Assembly (NCBI GenBank): GCA_965216465.1
Contig: CBDCFW010000003.1
Location: 64,001-128,000, forward strand
Origin: Bacteroidia bacterium
Lineage (GTDB): Bacteria; Bacteroidota; Bacteroidia; NS11-12g; UBA9320
Direction of reading: 5' to 3'
DNA: 64,000 nt
The number at the start of each line of letters is the position of its first letter. Within the stretch, counting starts at the first letter, position 1. Shown here one piece after another: positions 1 through 9,606 of this stretch. The position numbers and the translations under genes are program-made. The notes below the pieces were generated by a model. The model ran no database searches. It was not told the origin of the DNA and saw only the letters and a program-made list of their open reading frames with translations.

Positions 1-1
1 C

Positions 2-1432
2 AATGCAAACACTCCATTTATGGATGGTTTAAGCCAAACAACACCTCATGGCACTTTAAAGACGTTTGGAGAGAATGTGGGCTTGCCAGAGGGCCAAATG
101 GGAAATTCTGAAGTTGGCCACATGAATATTGGAGCTGGACGTGTTGTTTGGCAAATGCTGGTTCGAGTAAATCGAGCTTTTAAGGATGGAAGTGTAACGC
201 AAAACAAGCAATTTCAGAATATCATTAGCTTAGCAAAAGAAAATACAAACAGAAATATTCATTTCATGGGATTGGTTTCGGATGGTGGAGTTCACAGCAG
301 CATGGATCATTTAATTTCACTGTGTGGATTGATGAAAGATGCAGGTTTGGACGATAGAACTTATATCCACGCGTTTACAGATGGTAGAGATACAGACCCC
401 AAAAGTGGTTTAGGATACCTAAGTACCGTAGTAGATTCTCCAGAATTTGGTAACTCTACCTTAGCCAGCGTTTGCGGACGTTATTATGCAATGGATAGAG
501 ACAAGCGTTGGGAGAGAACTAAGCTCGCTTACGATCTAATAGTAAATGGTGCGGGCGAACGATTTGATGACATGAAAACTGCTGTTCAAGCGAGTTACGA
601 TGCTGGTGTTACCGATGAATTCATAAAGCCAATATTGCTAAATGATACTTCAATTAAGGATGATGACATTGTGCTTTGCTTCAATTTTAGAACAGATAGA
701 GGAAGGCAGATTTCGACAGTACTTACACAAGAAACCATGCATGAATTTAACATGCATACCTTAAACCTGAACTATTTCACCATGACAGAGTACGACAAAA
801 CCTATCAGGGTGTAAATGTATTATTCGAGAATCAAGACCTGAGTAATACATTGGGTGAAGTTTTGGCTTCTAAAGGATTAAAACAGTTGCGGGCAGCTGA
901 AACAGAAAAGTATCCTCATGTTACTTTCTTCTTTAATGGTGGGAGAGAGGAAGCCTTTGAAGGTGAAGACCGTGTTATGGAAAATTCACCAAAGGTGGCT
1001 ACCTACGATTTACAGCCCGAGATGAGTGCTATTCCTCTTACCAATAAATTGGTCGATAAAATTGAATCGAATGCTTACGATTTTATGTGTATCAACTATG
1101 CTAATCCAGATATGGTTGGACATACCGGGGTATTTGAAGCCATTGTAAAGGCTTGTGAGACGGTTGACACTTGTACACAACGTTTGGTAAAGGCTGGCCA
1201 GGATAATGGCTATAGCATGATTATAATTGCCGATCACGGTAACGCTGATAAGGCGATTAATGAAGATGGCTCACCGCATACAGCACATACCACCAACTTG
1301 GTTCCTTGCTATATTCTAGATAAGGATGTGTCGGATGTTAAAGAAGGTAAGCTTGCAGATATTGCACCTACGGTCTTGTCGTTGATGGATATTGCTCAAC
1401 CAGAAGATATGGACGGCTCTTCATTGATATAA
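2..1432 (+). CDS. gpmI: 2,3-bisphosphoglycerate-independent phosphoglycerate mutase (5' end outside window)
   Basis: Motifs VGLPEGQMGNSEVGHMNIGAGR, SDGGVHS, HAFTDGRD, GRYYAMDRD, AETEKYPHVTFFFNGG, NYANPDMVGHTG and ADHGNA. The frame is open from position 2 (NANTPFMD), so the true start lies upstream. Confidence 0.97.
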   Translation, partial: NANTPFMDGLSQTTPHGTLKTFGENVGLPEGQMGNSEVGHMNIGAGRVVWQMLVRVNRAFKDGSVTQNKQFQNIISLAKENTNRNIHFMGLVSDGGVHSSMDHLISLCGLMKDAGLDDRTYIHAFTDGRDTDPKSGLGYLSTVVDSPEFGNSTLASVCGRYYAMDRDKRWERTKLAYDLIVNGAGERFDDMKTAVQASYDAGVTDEFIKPILLNDTSIKDDDIVLCFNFRTDRGRQISTVLTQETMHEFNMHTLNLNYFTMTEYDKTYQGVNVLFENQDLSNTLGEVLASKGLKQLRAAETEKYPHVTFFFNGGREEAFEGEDRVMENSPKVATYDLQPEMSAIPLTNKLVDKIESNAYDFMCINYANPDMVGHTGVFEAIVKACETVDTCTQRLVKAGQDNGYSMIIIADHGNADKAINEDGSPHTAHTTNLVPCYILDKDVSDVKEGKLADIAPTVLSLMDIAQPEDMDGSSLI

Positions 1433-1462
1433 AAAAGAAAGCCTGCACGAAGTACAGGCTTT
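1431..1462. terminator. Intrinsic terminator between convergent genes, probably bidirectional
   Basis: Stem AAAGCCTG (1438-1445) / CAGGCTTT (1455-1462), with an A-rich run on the left that gives a U-tract on the minus strand. Confidence 0.75.
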
Positions 1463-1485
1463 AGACAACTAATTAATCGAAAAAC

Positions 1486-4400
1486 TCATTTTACAATCTT
1501 AATAACCTTTTCTTGTCCGTTGTAATCAACCTTCAAGAAGTAAAGACCGCTTGGAAGTTGACTTAGGTTATTAATATTGATCATTGCTAATTCGTTTCTT
1601 TTATTTCCTTCTGTAACAATTATCTCAGTACCTTGAACATCAAGGATTGAAATCTTGTATTCTCCAATTCCATTGATAAGTACATTAACGTAGTCGTTTA
1701 CCAAAGTAGGGAAAGCTGTAATGTCGTTAAGTTGATCGTTTTTAAGTGATACGATTTCAGAGTATGAAGACGCTCCATCAAAATCATGTTGTTTCACACG
1801 GTAGAAGATGAAGGACGTTTTAAGCTCTTTCACATTCGCATCGACGTAGGCATAATTATTGACTTCTTCGCTATGACCACTTGCACTGACGACGGCTATA
1901 GGTTCAAACTGTTCGTTTATTCCCATTCGTTCCAATTCGAAGTGAGAGGCATTAACCTCAGAGAATGTAGACCATTCAACAAGTCCGTCGCGCTCTGTAA
2001 GCCATGAAGCCTGAATTGATCTCCAGCTTACAGGAAGATAAGGTTGTCCTGATGTAGTATGGAAACCAAAGTCATTTCCACCATCGTACGAACCTCCTTG
2101 AACAAATGAAGCACTTTCTGTCATGTACTGACTTGTGGTCGTATAGAAGGTGTCAAATGCCGTTCCTGCAATTACGGGACGCATTAAGAAGTCTCCAATA
2201 CTATCGGTTACAAATACATACAATCCTGTGGTAGGTTGAGAGTAAGTGCTGTCGATAATGCGGTCTGCAGAGGTAATTATACCATCTCCATCAACATCGC
2301 GATAGAGGTATACCTTAAATCCACCGTGTGCACTGTCAATCTCTCGGTTATACGATCCAGACACATCATCGTCATAGAAAACTACACCTGAAATAACATT
2401 GGTTAAAGGACCAGTTAAACAATCGCAAGCTTCTAAATCTGTTGCACCACCTGTTTCGCTAGTTAATGTAGCAATTTCAGTTCCAACTCCTGTATTTCTA
2501 TCGATTTGATAAATGGTGTTGTCTGAGTAAGTATTTGTACCTGATACACCTGTTGTACCATACAATTCTCCGGTATTGTAATATCCCATACCTTCAAAGT
2601 CACCCACTCCAATAAATGATAGCACTTCTGCACTACCGGTAGCAGGGTCAATGGTAATGTATCTTGCACTGTCACCATTTCCTCTGTTATTTACAGCTAA
2701 AAGCTGACCAGAATATGGGTTGAAGGCAATATCATCAACGTCAACCATCACTCTGGTACCAATGATTTTCACAAAATCTATACCTGCACCAAAGAAATCA
2801 GGCTGATAAGATCCAGTTCCTCGGTTAATTACAAAAAGTAGGTCTGGAGCTCCATTTCTACGCTCAACACCGTATAAAATTCCATTAATTGGGTCAAATG
2901 CCATTCCATCTACATCATTTAACGTCTCTGTAGATATTGTTCCACCACTTAAAATACCTGAGGCAGTACCCATACCTGTACCAATTTCGGTGAATTCTCC
3001 AGTTAGTAAATCAACTGAACCGAACTGACCTTCGTCACAAGCCCATAAACTGTCCATTCCAATTTTAAGTGCCATGGCTTCAATCAGATCGCGTCCATAA
3101 ACCTGACCTGCAAATTGACTTTTCCCGCTGATTCTATTTACCAGATAGTATTCATCCTGGTTGCCTTGGTCGTCGGCTATTACAACACATAAGCTACGAG
3201 GACCCAACATTCCAAAATCTGCAACTATGGTGTCAGTACCTGCTGATAATGTGAAGTTTAGCACCGTATCTGTGGTGAAAGTTGTACTGGCATCCAAATC
3301 TTCAGTAGAAAGTTTGACTACCAAATTGGTAACACTGTCTTTATCATCTAAAAAGTAGGAGTAGTTTGCTAATGCATCGGTTAGGCTAGAATTTAGCAAT
3401 TCGTCAGCAGTATACACTCCATCATTATTTGCATCGTTAAAAATCTCTATTTCTACGGCTCCGGATCCATACGAATCGTAAGCATCTTTTACGCTATTTG
3501 CATCCATGTCCATGAATACATTACCACTAACATATCTTCCTCGCAATCCAACAAGCTCTAAGTTGAAACCAAGGTCATTATTGGATGCACCAACATTGTG
3601 GATCTCAACGGCTATAACATTGGTGCCAGTTACCAACTCGTCAACAGGTAAGATAAAACGTTCGTAATCACCTTCGTCGTCACCTTCTGCCATGTGTAAG
3701 GCGTAGGTACTGTAATCCCAAGTAGAAGGCATTCCTACTTCGAGTATTTGTACACCGTTTAAATAAATAACAGCTCCATCGTCAGCTAACAGATCTAGCT
3801 GAAGGGCTGTATAAGTACTATCCGAAACATCAAAAGTTTGTCTGAAATAAGTTGTAGGGTATCGATTGTTCGAAGCACTACCATAGTCTATAGTCGTTGT
3901 TATGGATGCTCCATCAATTGTACCGTAACCAAAAATTCTTTCACCCGTAAGCCAGTTCGAATCGTTATACGATGTGCCATACCAAGAGGTGCCCAAGTTT
4001 GCCCCTGAATCGTGGTATTGCCATTCGCTAATACTCGTTATCAGGTGATCAGACAAGTCGAGAGCTGTTACTTCAAGGTCTAAGGCGATGTCTTGATTGT
4101 GTACATAGAAATTGTGCAATTCAACCGCAAACGTGTTTACGCCTTCAATTAAAAAGGTGTCGAGAATGTGAAATGCTGTGTAATTTCCTTCCTCAGCTCC
4201 ATCTACATTTACTGTAGCCTCTGTAAGATAGGTAATTGTTCCTGTAGGCATATTGTACCGAAAGGCTTCTTTACCGTTAATGTACACAACAGCACCGTCG
4301 TCGCACAAAAGATTGAGCTCTAAATGAGAGTTGTTGAGGCTGCCTAGTGTTACCTCTTTTCTGTAATACGTCGTAAGTTTACGGGTAACTGGTGTTGATT

Positions 4401-4626
4401 GTGTTGCTCCAATAATTCCACCTTTCCCAAAGATTCCTTGATCGACTTCCCATGACGAAACGTCAAATCCGGAGTCAATCCATGAAGTGCCTTGATCAGA
4501 CCCATCGTCGAGATAGGTCCACATGTCCTCCTTATCAATGAGGGTTGTTTGAGCAATAAGGTCGTTGGTTAGCATTCCTAATAGGATTAGAAATAACCCG
4601 CCAACAATGTTAGCTGTATTCTTCAT
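1486..4626 (-). CDS. T9SS type A sorting-domain protein: two jelly-roll-like domains, SdrD-B-like, beta-propeller-like, SdrD-B-like, Ig-like, CTD (paralogue 1)
   Basis: Signal peptide ending LIAQ. Two repeats of W.Y.D.G...GTSW...DDGAV.Y.NG...N..AVE.HN. Two SG.VF.D.D...DxNxDG units. LPVSW...WSTFSEVNASHFELER, then CTD FPTLV...LPSGLYFLKV...KIVK. Confidence 0.88.
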   Translation of the reverse strand: MKNTANIVGGLFLILLGMLTNDLIAQTTLIDKEDMWTYLDDGSDQGTSWIDSGFDVSSWEVDQGIFGKGGIIGATQSTPVTRKLTTYYRKEVTLGSLNNSHLELNLLCDDGAVVYINGKEAFRYNMPTGTITYLTEATVNVDGAEEGNYTAFHILDTFLIEGVNTFAVELHNFYVHNQDIALDLEVTALDLSDHLITSISEWQYHDSGANLGTSWYGTSYNDSNWLTGERIFGYGTIDGASITTTIDYGSASNNRYPTTYFRQTFDVSDSTYTALQLDLLADDGAVIYLNGVQILEVGMPSTWDYSTYALHMAEGDDEGDYERFILPVDELVTGTNVIAVEIHNVGASNNDLGFNLELVGLRGRYVSGNVFMDMDANSVKDAYDSYGSGAVEIEIFNDANNDGVYTADELLNSSLTDALANYSYFLDDKDSVTNLVVKLSTEDLDASTTFTTDTVLNFTLSAGTDTIVADFGMLGPRSLCVVIADDQGNQDEYYLVNRISGKSQFAGQVYGRDLIEAMALKIGMDSLWACDEGQFGSVDLLTGEFTEIGTGMGTASGILSGGTISTETLNDVDGMAFDPINGILYGVERRNGAPDLLFVINRGTGSYQPDFFGAGIDFVKIIGTRVMVDVDDIAFNPYSGQLLAVNNRGNGDSARYITIDPATGSAEVLSFIGVGDFEGMGYYNTGELYGTTGVSGTNTYSDNTIYQIDRNTGVGTEIATLTSETGGATDLEACDCLTGPLTNVISGVVFYDDDVSGSYNREIDSAHGGFKVYLYRDVDGDGIITSADRIIDSTYSQPTTGLYVFVTDSIGDFLMRPVIAGTAFDTFYTTTSQYMTESASFVQGGSYDGGNDFGFHTTSGQPYLPVSWRSIQASWLTERDGLVEWSTFSEVNASHFELERMGINEQFEPIAVVSASGHSEEVNNYAYVDANVKELKTSFIFYRVKQHDFDGASSYSEIVSLKNDQLNDITAFPTLVNDYVNVLINGIGEYKISILDVQGTEIIVTEGNKRNELAMININNLSQLPSGLYFLKVDYNGQEKVIKIVK

Positions 4627-4680
4627 CTAGTCATAAATTAATCGAGTAGTGCACGCACCACTCTAATGGTTAGTTATGAA

Positions 4681-4688
4681 CAAAAGTA
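4681..4688 (-). promoter_or_regulatory. Bacteroidota sigma70 -7 element (TACTTTTG) for paralogue 1
   Basis: Exact TAnnTTTG match ~55 nt upstream of the ATG at 4626. Confidence 0.55.
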
Positions 4689-4817
4689 CAAAATACAATC
4701 GAGAAAAATGTCGCTAGGTAATATTAATTTATTGTAAAACCAAATCTGGAATTAATATTTTCATTTTTGGAATTTATAAATCGTTGAATTTCTGAAACTA
4801 AGATGTGAAAAAAAATC

Positions 4818-4850
4818 AAAAAAAAAGGCCGGGTTACTACTCCCGGCCTT
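4818..4850 (-). terminator. Intrinsic terminator after paralogue 2
   Basis: Perfect 9-bp stem AAGGCCGGG/CCCGGCCTT (4825-4850) followed by a long T-tract on the minus strand. Confidence 0.88.
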
Positions 4851-4868
4851 ATATGACTTATGGCTTCT

Positions 4869-7800
4869 TTATTTGATAATTCGAATTATATGATCTTCAT
4901 CATCGAGTCGCAGTCGAATGAGGTACATTCCGTCGCGAAGTTGGGTTAGTCCATTAAGTCTCAGGGGGGTAAGTATACTATCTTTCGTGCCTGAAGTATG
5001 AATGACTTCGGCTCCGTGCAGGTTAAGAACGGTTAGTTCATAGTAACCTGTAGCATTAATATTTATGTTTATGTGGTCATCTACCGGATTTGGGTAGGCA
5101 GAAACAACCGTTTCATTTTCTTTGTTCAATACAGCAATCTCAGAATAACTAAATTGTCCATCGTAATCAAACTGCTTAATTCTATAGAATAGGGTAGGAG
5201 CAGTTAAATCAACTGCGGTATAATCTAAAATAGCATAGTTCGAAACGTCGTTTGAATTACCAGCGGCTTGAACAGTCGCAATTTTTTCGAACTCTCCCAA
5301 TTCTGTTTTACGCTCTACCTCAAAGTAGTCTGAGTTTACTTCTGAAGCGGTTGACCAAGAAACCTTTGCGGTTTTTTCGTCAATCCATTCTGCTTCAATT
5401 TCTAACCATTCAACCGGTAAGTAAGGTTGACCCGCATTAATGTGGAATCCAAAGTCATTTCTTCCATCAAATAAACCATGAAACTCAAATTCTGCATCTT
5501 CAGTAAGCAATGAATCTGTGGTTGTATTCATGTTCTGGAATACAGTTCCAGGTACAGATGGATGTGTTAAGAAAAATCCTAAAGAGTCGGTTATAAATAC
5601 ATAAAACCCTGTTCCAGCTGCGGTATATGTACTGTCTATGATATAGTCACCAGAATCGATGATTCCATTCTCATTGGCATCACGATAAAGATATACAAGT
5701 ATGTTACTATAAGCACTGTCTATGGCTCTACTGTAAGACCCAGAAGAGTCGTTGTCGTAAAACACCACACCCGAAATTAAGTTCTCTGTAGGACCGGTTA
5801 AACAGTCGCAAGCCTCCACGTCGATTGCACCCGAATAAAGCGAATCTAATCGTGTTCCAGCTCCAGTGTTTCTATCAATTTGATAAATTGTGTTATCGTG
5901 ATACCCCGCAGCATCTACAATACCTGTTGTACCATATAACTCTCCAGTATTATAGTAACCTAGTCCTTCAAAGTCACCTACACCAACATATGAAAGAACG
6001 GTAGCTGTTCCTGTAGCTGGATCAATAGAAATATAACGTGTACTATCCCCGTTTCCTTGGCCGTTAATACCCAATAATTGGCCAGTATATGGATTAAATG
6101 CGATATCGTCCACATCTACTTTTACACGAGTACCAATAATCTTTACAAAGTCCTCATTTGTACCAAAGTGATCAGCAATAAAGGTTCCTGCTCCTCGGTC
6201 AATAGCAAAAAGTAAATCTGGTGCACTAGTTCTTCTATGTACACCATAAAGAATGTCGTTAATTGGATCGTAAGCCATACCATCCACATCGTTTAAGTCT
6301 GCAGTACCTATTGAACCACCACTTAAGACTCCCTGGGCAGTACCAATACCGGTTCCAATCGAGGTGAATTCACCCGTCATAATGTCTACAGAACCAAATT
6401 GTCCTTCATCGCAGGCCCACATAGAGTCCATTCCAATTCGAATGGCCAGGGTTTCGATTAAGTCTCTTCCAGCTATTTCAGCAACAAATTGGTTCTTACC
6501 AGATATTCTGTTTGCGATATAATATTCGTCGATATTGTTTTGGTCATCGGCAATTAACAAACATAAACTTCTTGGTCCAAGTTGTCCGAAACATGCTTGA
6601 ACAGAATCCATATTATTTGGGTTCAGGCTAAATGAGTAGGTAGTGTCGGTGGTGAAATCAACACGACTATCCATATCTTCTGTCATTAGTTTAACCCCTA
6701 AGTGTTCAACTTCAATATCCACGATAAAAGAATAAGAACCATCAGGGTTGGTTAATATCGAATCAATACATTCACCCGCAGTATATATTCCATTTGAGTC
6801 TGCATCGTTATAGATTTTGATTTCAACAGCTCCTGAACCAAAAATGTCGTAAATTGATGTGTCAAGACCATCTCCATTCATATCAAGGAAAATGTTACCA
6901 TATAAAACTCTTCCCGTTTTTCCAATAACTTCTAGGTCAAATCCCAAGTCACTACTCGTTGCGTTAACTTGATGCATCTCAACAGCAAAAGTGTTAACCC
7001 CGTCAATCAAGAAAGTGTCAGGAATTGTATAAGCGTCGTAATCTCCTTCGTCAGCACCTGCCGCGGTAAAGTTTGCGTAGGTTAAGTAGTCCCATGTAGC
7101 AGGCATCCCCGCTGTAAAAGCCAGTTTACCGTTAATATATACTGCAGCACCGTCGTCAGCAACCAAATAGCAAGTTAGCTCTGAAAAGCTCGGATTGCTT
7201 AAAGTAACTTCCTTTCTGAAGTAGGTGGTTGGATATTTATTTGAGCTGCTTGATCCCCAGCTTATAGTTGTCGAAATTGTGTTTCCATCAATGGTACCAT
7301 AGCCCAATACGGCATCACCTGTGGCCCAAGAAGCATCGTTAAATCCTGAATCAACCCATGATGTACCTTGATCGGTTCCATCGTCGAGGTAACTCCATTC
7401 GCCGCCTCTAAACATGACATAGTTGCTTGAGTCAACCGCTTCATAGGCAGTAACTTCAAGATCAAATCCAAGGTCTGAACTACCTGAGCTTTGGTTATGC
7501 AATTCAACGGCGATAGTATTTACTCCGTCAATTAAAAACGTATCTGTAATAGTATATACAGTATAGTCTCCTTCATCACTTCCACCAACTGCCGAAGATG
7601 CGGTAGTGGTGTACGTAACGGTGCCTGAAGGCATATTGTAACGATAAGCTTCTTTACCATTAATGTAAATAACTGCACCGTCATCGCAAAGAAGATTTAA
7701 GTCTAACGTACCATTTGAATGGCCTGTAACTGTAACTTCCTTTCTAAAATAAGTTGTAATTTCTTTTACAATGGTTGTGCTGATAGAAGCACCATTGATT

Positions 7801-8006
7801 CCGCCCATTCCGAACACCCCTGATCCCGAAGACCATGATGCATCGTTGAACCCAGAGTCAATCCAAGCGGTTCCTTGATTTGAACCGTCATCAAGATAAT
7901 TCCATGTGTCATTTTGGGTAGTAACAGTTACTTGAGCATTAACCCCTAATGCCAAAAAACACATTGTAAAAATCGTGAAAAAACGTTTAGTAGTAGTTTT
8001 GTTCAT
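4869..8006 (-). CDS. T9SS type A sorting-domain protein with the same architecture as 1486-4626 (paralogue 2)
   Basis: Signal peptide ending VNAQ. Collinear with the neighbour and shares long identical peptides (WACDEGQFGSVD, DFVKIIGTRV, GYYNTGELYGTTG, EACDCLTGP). CTD YPNPVDD...GMYLIRL...RIIK. Confidence 0.88.
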   Translation of the reverse strand: MNKTTTKRFFTIFTMCFLALGVNAQVTVTTQNDTWNYLDDGSNQGTAWIDSGFNDASWSSGSGVFGMGGINGASISTTIVKEITTYFRKEVTVTGHSNGTLDLNLLCDDGAVIYINGKEAYRYNMPSGTVTYTTTASSAVGGSDEGDYTVYTITDTFLIDGVNTIAVELHNQSSGSSDLGFDLEVTAYEAVDSSNYVMFRGGEWSYLDDGTDQGTSWVDSGFNDASWATGDAVLGYGTIDGNTISTTISWGSSSSNKYPTTYFRKEVTLSNPSFSELTCYLVADDGAAVYINGKLAFTAGMPATWDYLTYANFTAAGADEGDYDAYTIPDTFLIDGVNTFAVEMHQVNATSSDLGFDLEVIGKTGRVLYGNIFLDMNGDGLDTSIYDIFGSGAVEIKIYNDADSNGIYTAGECIDSILTNPDGSYSFIVDIEVEHLGVKLMTEDMDSRVDFTTDTTYSFSLNPNNMDSVQACFGQLGPRSLCLLIADDQNNIDEYYIANRISGKNQFVAEIAGRDLIETLAIRIGMDSMWACDEGQFGSVDIMTGEFTSIGTGIGTAQGVLSGGSIGTADLNDVDGMAYDPINDILYGVHRRTSAPDLLFAIDRGAGTFIADHFGTNEDFVKIIGTRVKVDVDDIAFNPYTGQLLGINGQGNGDSTRYISIDPATGTATVLSYVGVGDFEGLGYYNTGELYGTTGIVDAAGYHDNTIYQIDRNTGAGTRLDSLYSGAIDVEACDCLTGPTENLISGVVFYDNDSSGSYSRAIDSAYSNILVYLYRDANENGIIDSGDYIIDSTYTAAGTGFYVFITDSLGFFLTHPSVPGTVFQNMNTTTDSLLTEDAEFEFHGLFDGRNDFGFHINAGQPYLPVEWLEIEAEWIDEKTAKVSWSTASEVNSDYFEVERKTELGEFEKIATVQAAGNSNDVSNYAILDYTAVDLTAPTLFYRIKQFDYDGQFSYSEIAVLNKENETVVSAYPNPVDDHINININATGYYELTVLNLHGAEVIHTSGTKDSILTPLRLNGLTQLRDGMYLIRLRLDDEDHIIRIIK

Positions 8007-8069
8007 CGTGTAGTAATTATTAGTAGTATAACCCCCATAGAAGTAATTAAATACACTCTACAGTTGGTA

Positions 8070-8100
8070 CAAAGTTAAGCTAAATATGTATATAAACAAA
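8070..8100 (-). promoter_or_regulatory. Bacteroidota sigma70 promoter TTTG-N19-TAACTTTG for paralogue 2
   Basis: -33 TTTG at 8100-8097 and -7 TAACTTTG at 8077-8070, with a 19-nt spacer. Confidence 0.7.
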
Positions 8101-8289
8101 TTTTTTACCAAATAAGAAGCTTTAAAAGGCTTGGTATCCAGTGTATTAGCCGAATGAATTTTTAAGTCTGTTTTTTGAGAATGTGTTGATACCAAACGTG
8201 TCACGTAAGATTGAATTTACCAAAATCGATGCAATTCTTCGATTTCAGGTAGCCAAACAGATAAAGTTAGATTTGATACTCGGTTCGTA

Positions 8290-8297
8290 TATATTTG
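8290..8297 (+). promoter_or_regulatory. -7 element TATATTTG
   Basis: Exact consensus, 6 nt before ATG 8304. Confidence 0.6.
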
Positions 8298-8303
8298 CCA
8301 TAT

Positions 8304-9518
8304 ATGGATTATAACATCATAATCGTTTCACTCTCAATTTGTATTGTACTTTCTTACTTCTTTAGTGAGATTGCTAAAAGAACCAATATTCCTTCTGTGT
8401 TGATGCTAATTGTAGCAGGGGTACAGATTGGGCAATTCTTAAATTTTTATCCAGAATACAAGCTTGATTTTTTTCCTTATCTAAAGGTATTGGGAACGGT
8501 GGGGTTGATTATGATTGTTTTAGAAGGAGCTCTTGACTTAGAACTCTCAAAAGAAAAACGGCCGTTAATTCTAAAAGCTACCATTATAGCCATACTGGGA
8601 ATAATTGGAAGCATGTTGCTAACAGCTCCAATTTTCTACTTCTTACTTGATATGGATCTATCAACATCCATCCTATACTCAGCTCCACTTTCGGTAATTT
8701 CAAGTGCTATCGTAATACCAAGTATTGCGAACCTGATGCAATACGATAAGGAGCTACTTATTTACGAAAGTTGTTTGTCTGATATCTTCGGAATCTTGTT
8801 CTTTAACTTGGTTATTAGTGTGCTAGAAACCCATAAAGTAGGATCTTCTATTGGTGAATTTACGATTGAATTCTTGTTGACTCTCCTTATTTCATTGGTA
8901 GTTGGTGTTGGATTGGTGCTACTCTTTAAATTCTTAAATGCCAAGGTAAAGTTGTTCTTCTTCATCTCGATCTTAATCCTAATCTATGCTCTCGGCAAAA
9001 TGATTCATTTAAGTCCATTGGTATTGATCTTGATGTTTGGGCTAATCCTTAAAAACCACCACATCTTCTTTATTGGGCCACTAAAAGGCATTATGACCAG
9101 AATGGAATTTGTTAAAATGGAGCGAGACTTTCACGTAATAACCCGCGAGACAGCCTTTGTGCTTAGAACATTCTTCTTTATTGTTCTAGGTCTAACGATA
9201 GATGTTTCGTCATTAGTTGATGTGGGCGTTCTTATTATCAGTATTATGACTTTCATTTCAATTCTTTTAGTACGTATTGGGCTGCTCAAATGGTTTGCCA
9301 AACAGGCTTCTGGAGTGGTCGAATATGTTGCTCCAAGAGGATTGATTACCATCTTGTTGTTTTATTCAATTCCGCCTGAACTATCATCTGGATTATTTGA
9401 ACCGGGAATTATTCTCTGGGTTGTAATTATTACGAGTGTTTATATGTCTTATGGTTTGATTAGACATGGAAACAAAGGTGAATTGCGTGAAACGGATGCA
9501 AGTATTGTAGACGTATAG
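8304..9518 (+). CDS. Cation:proton antiporter (CPA/NhaP-like)
   Basis: About 12 hydrophobic segments and motifs IPSVLMLI, GLIMIVLEGALDL, SSAIVIPS, YESCLSDIFG, APRGLITILLF. Start moved to ATG 8304. Confidence 0.85.
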   Translation: MDYNIIIVSLSICIVLSYFFSEIAKRTNIPSVLMLIVAGVQIGQFLNFYPEYKLDFFPYLKVLGTVGLIMIVLEGALDLELSKEKRPLILKATIIAILGIIGSMLLTAPIFYFLLDMDLSTSILYSAPLSVISSAIVIPSIANLMQYDKELLIYESCLSDIFGILFFNLVISVLETHKVGSSIGEFTIEFLLTLLISLVVGVGLVLLFKFLNAKVKLFFFISILILIYALGKMIHLSPLVLILMFGLILKNHHIFFIGPLKGIMTRMEFVKMERDFHVITRETAFVLRTFFFIVLGLTIDVSSLVDVGVLIISIMTFISILLVRIGLLKWFAKQASGVVEYVAPRGLITILLFYSIPPELSSGLFEPGIILWVVIITSVYMSYGLIRHGNKGELRETDASIVDV

Positions 9519-9606
9519 CTGTCTGTTCATTGTAAACTGTTTATTTCTTAAATACGCTTTCAGCCCTAAATGGCGTTAATTTGCTTAACGAATTCTACGT
9601 AAGAAC

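Noticed and set aside
4644-4663. Hairpin in the 5' UTR of paralogue 1 as a riboswitch
   Set aside because: A single ~8-bp stem in a ~50-nt leader, with no aptamer motif or expression platform recognisable.
1486-8006. Paralogue pair as an invertible/shufflon or diversity-generating retroelement locus
   Set aside because: No recombinase or reverse transcriptase, no inverted repeats flanking a promoter, and no near-identical template/variable repeat differing only at adenines.
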